From: Scyliorhinus canicula
Taxonomy: Eukaryota
Reading direction: 5' to 3'
Length of the DNA stretch: 64,000 bases
Assembly: GCF_902713615.1 (NCBI RefSeq)
Contig: NC_052157.1
Coordinates: forward strand, 5,572,327 to 5,636,326
Within the stretch, counting starts at the first letter, position 1; each line of letters opens with the position of its first letter. The notes under the pieces were generated by a model. That model was given only the letters and a program-made list of their open reading frames with translations. It made no database searches and was not told where the DNA came from. A program made the position numbers and the translations under genes. Shown here one piece after another: positions 24,262 through 36,906 of this stretch.

Positions 24262-24507
24262 TGAATCATAAGGAGGACATTCGGCCCATTGAATCTGCAC
24301 TGATCCACCCGAAAGAGCCCTATCCCATAACCCGACCTAACCTTTGGACACTAAAGGGCAATTTAGCTTGGTCAGTCCACCTAACCGCACATCTTTGGTC
24401 TCTGGGAAGAAACCGGAGAACCCAGATAAACGCCACACAGTCATTAGAGGTTGGAATCGAACCCGGGTCTCTGGCGCTGTGAGACAGCACTGAAACCACG
24501 GTGCTAC
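24262..24507 (-). mobile_element. decayed V-SINE with CR1-type tail
   Basis: Recognisable head and core with internal deletions. Confidence 0.7.
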
Positions 24508-27099
24508 TGAAAAAAACAGTACTTTCCATACCTGCATTGTACAAACAGATATAAAAATTTACAATTCATTATTTTCATTTGTTAAATCATGAAATATGTG
24601 GCAGCACTGGAAGGCAATGTTAGAAGATTTTGGTTCTGAAAACGTGACGCAAGCAGTATGTAAAGCTGGCTGGAGGTTAAACACAAGCAAGTGAGCTCAC
24701 GCCGGTGAGCTGTCCGAAAGGACGTAAAAGTTTAAAAAAAACTGAATAAATGAGAAGAAAAAGCTATCTGCATTTGTTTACTCAGTACTGTTGTTTGGCC
24801 ATAATACAGATCACTTTCCTGCTATTTCTAATGAGGCAAGGCCCAGGATAGCAAAACAGCAGAGATAAAATCATTGACAAAGATTGTTTTTTCCAACTAG
24901 TTGAGAGAAAGTTAATCTGACAGTTTTGTACAACCACAATTAATCAGGTAGAAATTGGCATGTGTTTTGTCCATTTTTAAGGAATAAATCAGGTGTATCT
25001 TACACCAATTTATGGGTACAACTGTACCTAACTTATGGCGGTAGCAGAACTTCTATCTTGTTGGGTTGAGCAGCTGCTCAAGATTCTCTCTCTCTCTCTG
25101 GTATGTCACTCAAAGCAAGGACCATGCTTGCCATAGAACCCTGAAAAGAACCTGCACGTGGAGTCCGATAACATGGGAGCTTACAATATCTTGTCAATTA
25201 CATTGTTATGGTTGACAAACAGGTGATGGATATTCATTGGCTTTGGGCACATTTACACATGCTAGGAGAGCCGTGAAGAAAGCTCTTTGTCTTGGTTTCA
25301 GCTTCACCAGCTTGCTTGGATTCTATTAACAGGGCTGTTGCACCGCAGCTACCGCACAAAACTGGCCGACTGGCAGACTCTTTCACTCTTATCATCTGCA
25401 ACTGGTGTTATCGGAAAGATTTACAGGTTGATAATCTGTTTCTGGCTCAGAGATAGAGATGCTACCCACTGCACCACAAGACTTACTGCTGCTCAAGTTA
25501 AACATGCAGAGGAGGGACTGTTCTCCCACACGAGCAAGAAGCCACTGGAACTTCCACCACGCAACCCCAGCCACGTTTTGTTTGTTTGTGCAGTGGCCTA
25601 ACCGGTAGGGTCCTTAAGAGACACTGAAGACTGCAAAAGCAGCACAAAGGTAAGCTTTTAAATCCTACAAGCCAGGTATACACTTTCTGGCTCCACATTA
25701 AAACAGCAGGCAGCTGACACCACAACTCACATCCCCACAGTTAGGCATGGATGGTGCTGTTGGTTCTCAGTTTGTGTCTGAAAATGGGTGCAAATGAATT
25801 TATAGACCAGTGACTAGGAGTAACTCAACATATTCTCCATATTGAACAGAAACCTACACAACGTGTCAGGATTTCACAATGGCAAAATTACCCAATTAAT
25901 AATAGGTGTCCAGAATGTAATTAGCTCCTGACAATGATCTTCTGATTTGGAGATGTAGGACCATTAATGCAGGATGCCATTGAGTTACATATACTAACTG
26001 CATCATTCATTGCTGGCATCGTAGAAAAACAATCTTTGTTTTCAAATTCAAGCTAGCTAATCAAGGCTGGTGCACGAGAGGTCTTCAGAAAGTTCCAAAT
26101 GAAAACAAACCGACCCTATGAAAGACTAGTCCAGATGGACATGTTTATCATTTCTCATTCAATGTAAACTGAATTTACAGATTACGTTCCTTTGTAAATA
26201 AGCATTTTATTATTATGCATTTTCCAAGATCTATTTAATGATACTGCAACCTTCCTATTTGACAATTACAGTAAGCTATTTCTAGTATATAATTCATCGC
26301 AAAGTGAAAATTGCTTCCATACGGTTGGATTTCTGGTTTATCCTGTGTGAAATTAATTTCCCTATCCAAGAATGAATGCTTTTACAATTAATACAAACCA
26401 CATGTCATCCACCCCCCTTGGAAATAAATTGATCTCGGAGCACTGGGCAGATTTCATGAGCCTGCATTTTTCAACTGACACCAGATTCTATTCGCCAGCA
26501 ATAGTGAAGTCATCCACAATTACCCACTCTGGTCCTTACTAATAGCAAGGTACAAGTGCTAAGAGAAAGGGTCGCAGAGAGTGGCAGTCAGCAGCACGTT
26601 AGCTGCAGATGCCAGGGCAATATGTAAATAAATCTTGTCCCTCACCACAAATAAAAAGCAAAAGATGACACATTAGAAGGTTCTACCTCTCTTATAGAGT
26701 TTTGAATGGCATCACAAGTGGAACCAGTGAAGCATAAGCAGTTCAGAAGTTTTGCAACATCCTAAAGTTGCTTAAAACACGGATGGGAAACACAATGTGA
26801 AGTGAACCCAGAATCTTCTGGTTGTTTTGATTTTGAGTGCACTCAACTCACATGAGTTCAAGAATCCCATGTGAAGGGAAAGTTTTATAACAGAGATTAA
26901 TCTCCACTTGCTCTTCAGCAAGGTTTACCCCATTCATGGCCATGACATATTTCAACATGTCAAAAACCGCTCCAAAATTGGCTGGCACTGTTGCACAATT
27001 AGGTTTCATGCACCAAAAGGTATCTATGCAGTCACAGTGGAACCAGAAGTTGGCGACACGTATGCTAGTGGGTCATCAACTTTATCCCCCAATGTTTAA

Positions 27100-27255
27100 C
27101 ACACAACCAACATCACTAAACCAGATTTATCTGGTCATCAGCTCATTTCTGCTTTCAGACCTTGCGGCGTGAAAACAGACTGCTGCATTTTCCACGTTGC
27201 CACAGCGACTATTCTTCAGGAGCGCTTCATTGTTTATCGTGAAAAGTGCAATATC
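27100..27255 (+). mobile_element. old DeuSINE/SacSINE-like 3' fragment next to an SPG11 donor
   Basis: caaccaacatcactaaaccagatttatctggtcat...gtgaaaagtgcaatat resembles the recalled Deu-domain and tail. Confidence 0.5.
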
Positions 27256-27281
27256 CTAATTAACTTTATCAAAATCCTCAC

Positions 27282-27438
27282 CATTTATTACAAGGGCACA
27301 GTCCACCTCAGCCAGTAACTGCAGCAGCTTCCCAAGTTCATACTGCGTTGGGCACTGTTGCATCATTAACTTCAGAAGCACACCAGCTTGCGATTCCATC
27401 CACTGTACTGAAATTTCAGTGTCTGCTGAATCTGCAGC
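27282..27438 (-). CDS. SPG11: spatacsin coding exon (approx. human exon 28)
   Basis: AADSADTEISVQWMESQAGVLLKLMMQQCPTQYELGKLLQLLAEVDCALVIN(G), matching LLKLMLQQCKTQYELGKLLQL; acceptor ttgaag|GCT (5' edge slightly less certain), donor G|gtgag; 157 nt. Confidence 0.9.
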
Positions 27439-28579
27439 CTTCAATAACAGCAAGAAAAATAAAAGATTTGGTAAGAATTGTAAGGTTACACAGACCACAC
27501 ATTTTTAAGACATGCAGAATAATTTCAATTTTGCAATACTTCCTAAAAGGTGGAACTTATGGAACAAGCCAATTTCCACATTCGCTGCTGCTCTATTAAC
27601 AGGCAGAGGGCAAAAGAAGAGCGTTAAACTGCAGGGCAGCAGCTCACCAGAGTCAAACAGGTGGAAAATGAGAAATGACGAATGTTTTGCTCTATTCTTT
27701 CCGGACACCAAGGATTTTGTATGTAGACCTTTCCCTCAGGAGATGAAATGGGATGAGGCGCATTATGAATAAAGTGCATTTTCTTTCCCCAAAGAGACCC
27801 TGAATCTTAGATGAGTCAGGGGAATTCAACCATATTTCACAGAAATCTGATAAAAGTTATGAAATACTTCACTCAGTTCCAAAATTTGTGGTGCATCAGG
27901 GACCCTATCAATACAAATAAATTCCATGCAAACCATTAATTCCTGCTCATGGTCTTTGGAAGGAAGGGACTTGATTGAGTAAGCTTGCATCTCATAAGCA
28001 GAACCATCATGATAATTAAGCCAGTGCAGATGAGGCTACAGGCAAACTTAGATATTTCAACATCCATGCTATGAATATATGGCTATGAATATTTGTGCTG
28101 CTGTTTTAGCCGCTGTTTCACTGATGAAATTTGGACGAAACAAACACCAAATGTAGAAATGTCTTCTGCAAGTAAGCCAGCCCAGCAAACCGCATCTTGC
28201 AACGTGGTCTGCTCAAACTGAGGGCCTTTGCACTAAGCTGGAGTGTGTGGGTTTTACATGCGCTCAGTGTTAAAATGTTTCATATATGATACCATATATT
28301 GCCACAATGTTCCCCAGCACTTGTGCTTGCAATTAGCAAGTTCTGTTCCTCATTGCAGAAATCTGATCAGGGCACTTTAATCTACTGTCTGCTGCAGCAA
28401 TAAGGACATCTGCTTTCAGTCTGCTGTTTATTAAAATAAAAACATTTAAACTGCAGACTACAGGCGTCCCTGAAACCTCTAGCTGTGTGTAAACAAATTG
28501 TTTACACTACAAATCATCAAAATTTATATGGGGGGGGGGTTAAATTGGCAATTAAATAAGTCAGTTATTAATGAGCACA

Positions 28580-28796
28580 GGTGGCACAGTGGTTAGTGCT
28601 ATTGTCTCGCAGCGCTGAGGACCCGGGTTCGATCCCGGCTCTGGGTCACTGTCCGTGTGGAGTTTGCACATTCTCCCCGTGTCTGCATGGGTGTCACTCC
28701 CACAACCCAAAGATGTACAGGTTAGGTGGATTGGCCACGCTAAATTGCCCCTTAAATGGGAAAAAGAAATTGGGTATTCAAAATTTTTAAAAATAC
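28580..28796 (+). mobile_element. V-SINE, short A/T-tailed variant with TSD
   Basis: TSD taatgagcaca at 28569-28579 and 28797-28807. Confidence 0.85.
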
Positions 28797-30123
28797 TAAT
28801 GAGCACAATATTTAAGGATAATTCACTCTTGACGCTGCTGCATCTGGTCTGGACATTAGATCTCGACTCAAATCTTCCTCTTGCAATTTAGCTTGGTAAT
28901 TTCAATCCATTGCTGCCCTATTGATGCTCGTCACTTAAACCAAGAGATGAATACATTTGAATATCACAAATTGTTAATCCTCAATGCAATCCTTGACTCC
29001 GTTAACAGATGTTAACATTCTGGAGCTGAACACATTAACCTTTCCATTAAAACAGCAGACGGAACACAGTCATACAAGTGAATTTGTATGTTAAGGTCAC
29101 TGATTTGGGGGGGGGGGGGGGGGGGGGGGGGGAAGAGAAGAGAACTGGAGAATCCCACCTCCAGGCTCTACTTTTCCTACCTAATTCGTTCGTGAGACAA
29201 ATATGACAGGAATCAGCTACTCTGACTATTTTGAAATAAACCATTTTTGTGCTAACGTACAGTGTAAAATCAGGCTGCTGAATCTGGGAAAAACAACAAA
29301 TATACACTAATGGTGCAACAACCTTTCCTGATCTTTTATTAAATCTGCATAGTATTCTCTCCCATCGGTCTTCGTCAGAATTACAAACAAAAGAACATAT
29401 GTTCTTACAGAAAACGCCTCCTCCCAGCAATCATAGATTATCATAGAATTTACAGTGCAGGAGGCCATTCGGCCCATCGAGTCTGCACCGGCTCTTGGAA
29501 AGAGCACCCTACCCAAGGTCAACACCTCCACCCTATCCCCATAACCCAATAACCCCACCCAACAAACTTTCAACAAAGATTGGAAGGAGCTGGAGAAATT
29601 AAATTATATAACTGCGAACAAAATATATTTTTTATCTAATGCAGACTAAATACCAATGTGCGACGCGTTACCTCAGCCAAATTGGGACAGCACCATGACA
29701 ATAGACGGGCTTTTGGGATACAATAGGAATTGTGTATAGTACACCTCATTTCCACTTTGATACTTGGAGACAAGCAAATAAGGGCTTTAAACACTTGAAT
29801 ATAAATAATTTTGAAAATAAGCTGATGAGCTGCACATTTGTATAGGAAGTCAATCTCTTGCCTGTTCACATGCTGAGTAGACACCTGATAGCACAAGCAT
29901 TTGTTTTTTTTTACAAAATGAAAATACCATCTCAAGGTATTGATTGTACAAATAGACAATGAAATCAGTGCAACCTGGTTATTCTTCACTTTGCTTGCTT
30001 AGTCCCAGTGGACACACTATCATACAGCCCAAAGCACTCAAATAAGTGTAACGCAAGCCACTCAGTAAGGTCTATTATACCGGCTTCAACAATTTGATGC
30101 CAGGACGCAGATCACAACTAAAC

Positions 30124-30307
30124 AGGGGCTGGTTTAGCTCACTGGGCTAACTCACTGGCTTTGAAAGCAGACCAAGGCAGGCCAGCAGCACGATTTGATT
30201 CCCGTACCAGCCTCCCCGAACAGGCACCGGAATGTGGCGACTAGGGGCTTTTAACTTCATTGAAGCCTACTCGTGACAATAAGCGATTTTAATTTCATTT
30301 CATTTTC
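30124..30307 (+). mobile_element. short tRNA-derived SINE, second head type
   Basis: Close match to 51192-51377; (cattt)n end. Confidence 0.82.
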
Positions 30308-31431
30308 AACTTGACACCTCATGGCAGGGTTTTCCGGCCTCCCAGCCGTGTTTCTCGGTAGTGGGATTCTCTGCTCCCATTGCTGTCAAATCTGAATTCC
30401 CAATGGCGCCACCTCACACTGCCGGGGCACACTGTCGATTTTAACAAGTACAAGTGGAGCATGTCAGCAGAGGGATTAGTGGAGTACAGAAAGTGCAGGA
30501 TGGAGCTGAAGAAATCAATTAGATGAGCAAAGAGGGGTGTCATTGAAAATATGGAAAGATGTGTCAATTGAAACATGGAAGTCTGGCAATATCTGGTCTG
30601 AGAGAACATAAGAACATAAGAACTAGGAGCAGGAGTAGGCCATCTGGCCCCTCGAGCCTGCTCCACCATTCAATGAGATCATGGCTGAACATGAGAGGAT
30701 ACAGGGAAAGATCCCACGAAGGGTTAACAGCAGCTGCAAAGAGACTTAGCAAACAAACAGGATTTTTGGATGAAGCTAAAAACAACGGTTCACACCTTAA
30801 TTGAAATTAACCATCAAAGTAAGCATCTGGAAAAGCATGGATGAGGGTTTCAGTTGAGTTAGGTGATAAATGTAAACCTTTCAAGTCATAACCAAGTGGA
30901 TTGTAGCATACAGCTAAAAGCAATGATTCACACCTTCATTGAAGTAAAATCAGCAGATAGAAAAAAATGACTGGGGGGCAAATATATAGGTGTGAAGCTC
31001 TGCTGAAATCAGGTAAATTAAAGAAAATTGGAGACTATCAGTCTACGAGAAACATAATTTAAAGCCAAAATCAAAGTCAAAATGATGAGCCGGGGACACA
31101 ATTGGAAAATAAAACTACAGAAATGACAGGAACCAAATTTCACACAAATTCATGCTTTGAAACCAAAGCATTTTTGAATATCACAAAGGGACTTTGACCA
31201 TCACAAAGGAAACAATGTAATCAAGAGACCCGAGAGGTGAGGCCATGTCAAAATGAATACTTAGTCGTGTTAGAAAAATTTAGATTAAAGGTACCTTTTA
31301 CAATCGAAGTGAAATAAAAGTTACTTTACAATAAAGTCATAAAAGCTTAATAACTGTTAGAAAGATATATAAACCCTGAGAAAGGGGACAGGAGATTAGG
31401 AAGTCCAAGAGAGAAGGAGAGAAGGAACAAG

Positions 31432-31660
31432 CAGCTCAGAGTCAGCTTACAGCCAACTCTGTCATGGGAAAGTGACAAAGCAAAGTAGCCGAGCTAAAAC
31501 AGCTAATACATCTAAGGAAGACCAGAATTTAAAGAGGAGGCAGAGTCAGCTAAGAGACAGCAAGCAGAGCCAGCTCTCACAGCTCGGTACATGGGAAAGA
31601 TAGAGCATAGCAACCGAGCAGAACAGCGAATACATCTAAAGACGACCAGATTTTAAAAAG
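31432..31660 (+). repeat. imperfect ~130-bp tandem duplication inside a probable LTR-like segment (about 30900-32069)
   Basis: catgggaaag..ccgagc..aacagc.aatacatctaa.ga.gaccaga.tttaaa occurs twice; segment ends in ..caacaaca. Confidence 0.55.
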
Positions 31661-32987
31661 ATTAATTGTCAAGGTGGGTCTGAAGGTCCCTTCAACCAAC
31701 CAGAAGGATCCAGAAGCAAGATCTTTTTACCTTTCTGTAAAGACAGTGATTGCAGCTTTTAAAAGAAAAAAATATAATAATAAAATAACTTAAAAGTTTT
31801 AACCTGAAACAGTGGTTATTCCAAAGTCTACTTTACTTACTTAGCAACGCAGGACCCAGGATCGATGTTACTAAGTGGTAAGTAGGTTAAATCTTCTGTG
31901 AAGGTCTGGGTTATACAGGGGGATAACCTGAAAATATAGTTTGACCTCAATAGCACCCACCGAAGCCTGCATAGGAGTCAGGAAGTGAGAATCCCTGTTC
32001 ATCATTTAGAATGTCGGCCCTTTTTGGTTTAGGGGGACTTCTAAGAATAGTGGTGAGTTTTCAACAACAGGGGATATGAGAAAGCTCTGGCTGGTAACAA
32101 TAGGGAAAATCCCAAGATATTCTATAAGTATATCAATGGGAAAAGGATAACCAGGAAAGAGTAGGGCCCATTAAAGACTAAGGGGGAAATCTATGGGTAG
32201 AGCCAGAGGACATTGGTAGGCTGTTGAATTAATATTTCACATTTGTCTTCACCCAAGAGAATGAGGAGGTAGTTATGGAACTTGGGAAGAGGGATTGAGG
32301 TTCTTGAGCAAATTGTCACAGGGAGTGACAAGGTTTGGAGGTATTGGCGGGCTTAAAAGTGGACAAATCTCCAGGTCCGGATGAATTGTGTCCCAGGCTG
32401 AGTGGGAGGTGAGGGAGTGATTGCCAGGGCTTTGACTCAAATTTTTAATTCCTCCCTGGCCACGGGGAGGTGCCAGAGGACTGGAGAACAACTACTGTGG
32501 TCCCACTATTTGAGAAAGGTTGTAGGACCAAGCCAGGGATCTACAGACCAGTGAGTCTCACATCAGTGGTGGGGAAACTACTGGAGAAGATTCTGAAGGA
32601 GAGAATCTTATCTCCATTTGTTAGAGGCAAGGTTTGATCAGGGATAGTCAGCAGGGCTTTGTCAGAGGGAGGTCACGCCTAACAAATTTGATTGAATTTT
32701 TTGAGCATGTAATCAAGTGCATAGATGAGGGTAGTGCAGTTGATGTAGTTTACATGGATTTCAGCAAAGCCTTTGACAATGTCCCACTTGGGAGACTTAT
32801 TAAGAAGGCAAATGCACATGGGTTACAGAGCAATTTGATAGGTGGGTTCATAATTGGCTTAGTGGTAGGAAACAGAGGGTGGTGATAGACGACTGCTTTA
32901 AGATCTGGAAGCCAGTGCCAGTGTCGTACCACAGGGATCCATGCTGGGCCCCCTAATGTTTGTCATTTATACAAAATGACATAGGTG

Positions 32988-35697
32988 GGGACTTCCGGTG
33001 ATGGCAGGCAGGAGGCAGCAGCACATTGGAGGGCTCCCATTCGGGAATGGCATTTTCAAGGTCGAACGCCTGGTCCCAGGGGTAACAGATGGCAAAAGCA
33101 GGGAGAAGGCACAGTGAAGGGAGATGTCGAAAACAAGTTTAAAAAACGGCCATGAAAAAAGCAGCTGAAAGTCCGTTGGGGAGTTGAAAGGTCACCGCAG
33201 GGACGGCAAGAAAAATGGAGGCTGGGGCACCAGGTAGGGCGCATTGCTTACGGCTGAAGAAATGACTAAGGTGATGGCCGCGGAACTCGAAAGGCAGTTC
33301 ACAAAACACTTGGAGGCGATGAGGAAGGAGATGGGGGCAGTATTGAAAGTGCCGGTGGAGGAGGCGATTGCCCCGGTGCGGGCGGCAGTACTGAGCGCAG
33401 TGGCGGAGGTGCGGGAGCAAGGCGAGGCGCTGAAGGAAGTGGAAGAGACAGTATTGCAGCACAGTGATCAACTTACCTCGATGGGGAAGGAGATGCGGAA
33501 GGTGATGGAGATCAACAAGGATCTGCGAGCCCCAAAATGGACAACTTGGAAAACAGATCTAGGCAACAGTGTAGCCATCTGGGGTGGCCACGTCACGATT
33601 ACAAAATGGACACTTTGCAAAGAATGAAGGGAAAAATGGACAATGCTGAGAAAGCAAGCAGGTGCAAGGTTTATCTATTGATTAGAGCTATAGCTCCCAG
33701 ACAAGACAGATACTGCAAAGCCATTACCATATTAATGAGCCATCTCCGGGGACAAAAGAGAAACGTTTAGGTAATCGATACGAAAGCAGACACCCCGGCG
33801 CCAGAGGAGACTAGAACAAAGCAGGCCAACGGCCACCTAGGGCCTGCCCAGCAATCAGGGCAGCCACCCCTTTATTGGAGGAAATCGATACCAATGATCA
33901 GGATACAGTCCAATTAATTGGGATCAAGTTCAAGGACCGCCCAAAAGCACGCAAAGCCCCCTTTGGGTATAATAGGAAGCCCCCAAGAGAGAATCGTTCT
34001 TCTTGGCCTTGGCTCTCAGCGACGAGTGGCCTGCCAAGCAGCTGCACCAGAACAATTAAGTCCAAAGTCAACGCACGCTACGAGATAGAAGCTCCTAGCT
34101 ACTATTCCGTACCAGCTCGACCCCAGCAGCCTCAGAACCAGACAACGGCCATTGTTCCTCTGACTGAGTGGGCGCCCGAAGCTAAGTATAGGCTTTAGTA
34201 GTAGTGATAGTTTAGTTGGTAGAGTTTGTGCATGAGTATAATTGACTGTGTGTGTAAATAAATAAGCATTGATTTCGAACTTACTAACTGGTGTATCGAG
34301 TCTTTGATCAGTATTCGGTTCTGAACCTTGTGGCGGTATCGAAAGATACCTGGCGACTCTTGAGCAAACGTAATTAGAATTAAGGATGGCGACCATATTA
34401 ACCGCCATAAACAGAGACAATTAAAGAGAGAACACAACAAGCAACAACAGAATCTGAGGATTGTGGGTCTTCCCGAAGGAGTGGAAGGCCCGAGGCCGAC
34501 TGAGTATTTTGCCACGATGTTGGCCAAGCTATTGGGGGAGGGGGATGATCCCTCCCGATATGAACTGGATTTAGCTTATCGGTTGTGGAGGCCTGTACCA
34601 AAGGAGAGTGAGCCACCAAGAGTAGTGACTGTGTTTTCGTAGGTAGTGTGTGAAGAAGAAGGTCCTGTGCTGGGCAAAGCAGAAGCGTTTGGTGCAGTGG
34701 GCTGGAGCCTATATATATACGCATATATCAGGACTTTACGGTGGAGCAGTCAAGGAGGCGGGCTGCCTTCAGCCGGGTGAAGAAGGCACTGTACGTTAGT
34801 AAGGTGCAGTGCGGCATAGTATACCCAGCTAAGTTGAGGGTGACCTACAAATCCAAGGACTTTTATTTCGGGACAGCGGAAACAGCGGAGGAGTTTGCGA
34901 AGGCAGAAGGACTGTGGCTGAATTGAGAAATGGTCATGTACCGATGTAGCCTCACGTAGCTGTATTTTTTTCACTGTGGCTGCTGTATGTGCTAAATGAG
35001 CCAATGTTGTATATACTTGGGCAAGGGAAGAGAGGGGACTTTCACTTGCAATGATGGTTCTTTGGGGCTTGGGTGTGTATGCGGGGTTTGTGTGCTAAAG
35101 GGGATTTCTTGGTTTTCCTGGGCTGGGGCCGGGCAAGGGGAAAAAAAAAAAAAGAGGCCCAGGCGGGGTCTTCCACGCTGGCCGGTTTAAGCCAGCCAGT
35201 GAACGGGAGTGAGGTGGGGGGAGGAACTGCGGCCATCAGAGCCTGGCAGAAAAGGTTCCGGTGAGTCTAGCCGGGATGGAAAGATGGGGAAGGAACAGAG
35301 GTTGGGGGGATGAGTTTGGTAAGAGGAAGTGGAGGGGAGGAGTCGGGGAGGGGGGGGGGCTTGCAATGGATAGGTGTCATTTGTGGTACTCTTTCGGAGA
35401 TTGGATGGCATTGAATGTTAGGGGGGATGGGGGGACTCTATAGGTTAATGGTGACCATAGGCGATTCCCAAATCCTTTTTCTTTTATTTCTCCTTTGTTT
35501 GTCCCACTGTGGGAGGGTTTGTTTTATTGGATGTTTATATTGTTAGGTGGGTCATTGCTTTGGATGGTGGGAGGATGGGATTGTTGTTGTTGATAAGGAA
35601 AGAGACTTTGTATTTGTTACCATTTACTGCTTGTGGGTGGGGTGTAAATTCTAAAGAAAATGTGAAAATGGAGAATAAAAATGTTTTACAAAAAAAA
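32988..35697 (+). mobile_element. ORF1-only L1-derived retroelement (HAL1-like)
   Basis: 10-bp TSD gacataggtg (32978-32987, 35698-35707); starts gggacttccgg; degenerate ORF1 from about 33150 to 34926; about 770-nt 3' region without ORF2; aataaa plus A tail. Confidence 0.85.
33570..34446 (+). mobile_element. solo LTR (877 bp), Gypsy/ERV-type
   Basis: tgtagcc...agcaaca termini; 4-bp TSD acag (33566-33569, 34447-34450); removing it restores ENRSRQQNLRIVGLPEG of the host ORF1. Strand tentative. Confidence 0.88.
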
Positions 35698-36292
35698 GAC
35701 ATAGGTGAAAATGTGGGAGGTAGGATCAGTAAGTTTGCAGGTGAAAGAAAGACTGGCCGGGTGGTTAACAGTGAGGTTGAGTGTCTTAGATTACAGGAAG
35801 ATATAGACGGGATGGTCAAATGGGCGGAAAAGTGGCTGATAGAATTTAACCCTGAAAAGTGTGAGCTCATACACTTTGGAAGGAGTCATTTAACAAGAAA
35901 GTATACTGCGAAAGGTCTGACATGGGAAGTTCCAAAAAACAAAGGGACCTTGGCATGTTTGTTCATGGATCTCTGAAGGCCGACGGGCAGGTTAATAGGG
36001 TGGTGAAAAAGACATAAGGGACACTCGCTTTTATCAATCAGGGCACAGATTACAAAAGCAGGGAGGGCATGTTGGAGTTTTATAGAACTTTGGTGAGGTC
36101 ACAGCTGGAGTACTGTGTGCAGTTCTGGTCACCACATTATAGGATGGATGTGATTGCACTGCAGAGAAGAGTCACCACAATGTTGCCTGGGATGGAACAT
36201 TTCAGTTATAAAGAGAGGTTGGATAGGCTTGGGTTGCTGTCTCTGGAGCAGAGAAGATGTAAGTGTGACCTGATTGAGGTATACAAGACTAT

Positions 36293-36397
36293 GATGACTC
36301 ACCTGATGAAGGAGCTCCGAAATCTAGTGATTCCAAATAAACCTTTTGGACTTTAACCTGGTATCCACCCTAGTCCAACACGAGCATTTCCATATCA
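36293..36397 (+). mobile_element. decayed Penelope-type pLTR fragment with hammerhead core remnant
   Basis: cacctgatgaaggagctccgaaatctagtg..aaacc..ggactttaacctgg; interrupts the CR1 at EVYK(I)M. Confidence 0.65.
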
Positions 36398-36605
36398 AGA
36401 TGATGAGGGGCATGGACAGGGTGGATAGGAGCAACCGTTCCCCTCAGTTGAAGGGTCAGTTACGAGGGGACACAAGTTCAAAGTGAGGGGTGGCAGATTT
36501 AGGGGTGATTTGAGCAAACACTTTTTTTATCCAGACGGTCTGGAATGCACTGTCTGGGTGGGTGATAGAGGTGGGAAGCCTCGCATTGTTTAAAAGTACC
36601 TGGAT

Positions 36606-36906
36606 GGGGGGGCATGGTAGCACAGTGGCTAGCTCTGTTGTGTCATAGCGCCATGTTTGATTCCTGCTTGGGCCACTGTCTGTGTGGAGCCTGCACGTTC
36701 TCCCTGTGTCTGCATGGGTTTCCTCCGGGTGCTCTGGTTTCCGCCCAGAAGTCCCGAAAGACGTGCTTGTTAGGTGAATTGGACATTCTGAATTCTCCCT
36801 CTGTGTACCCGAACAGGCGGAGTGTGGCGACTAGGGGATTTTCACAGTAACTTCAGTGCAATGTTAATGTAAGCCTACTTGCAACACTAATAAAAATTAT
36901 TATTAT
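36606..36906 (+). mobile_element. V-SINE with (ATT)n tail inserted in CR1 3' end
   Basis: Head, core and tail as at 20327; CR1 resumes at gagtacttggcac. Confidence 0.82.

Noticed and set aside
24950-27090. Possible ancient coding or transposase remnant
   Set aside because: Short ORFs show no motif I can recognise; it would need tblastx or HMM searches.
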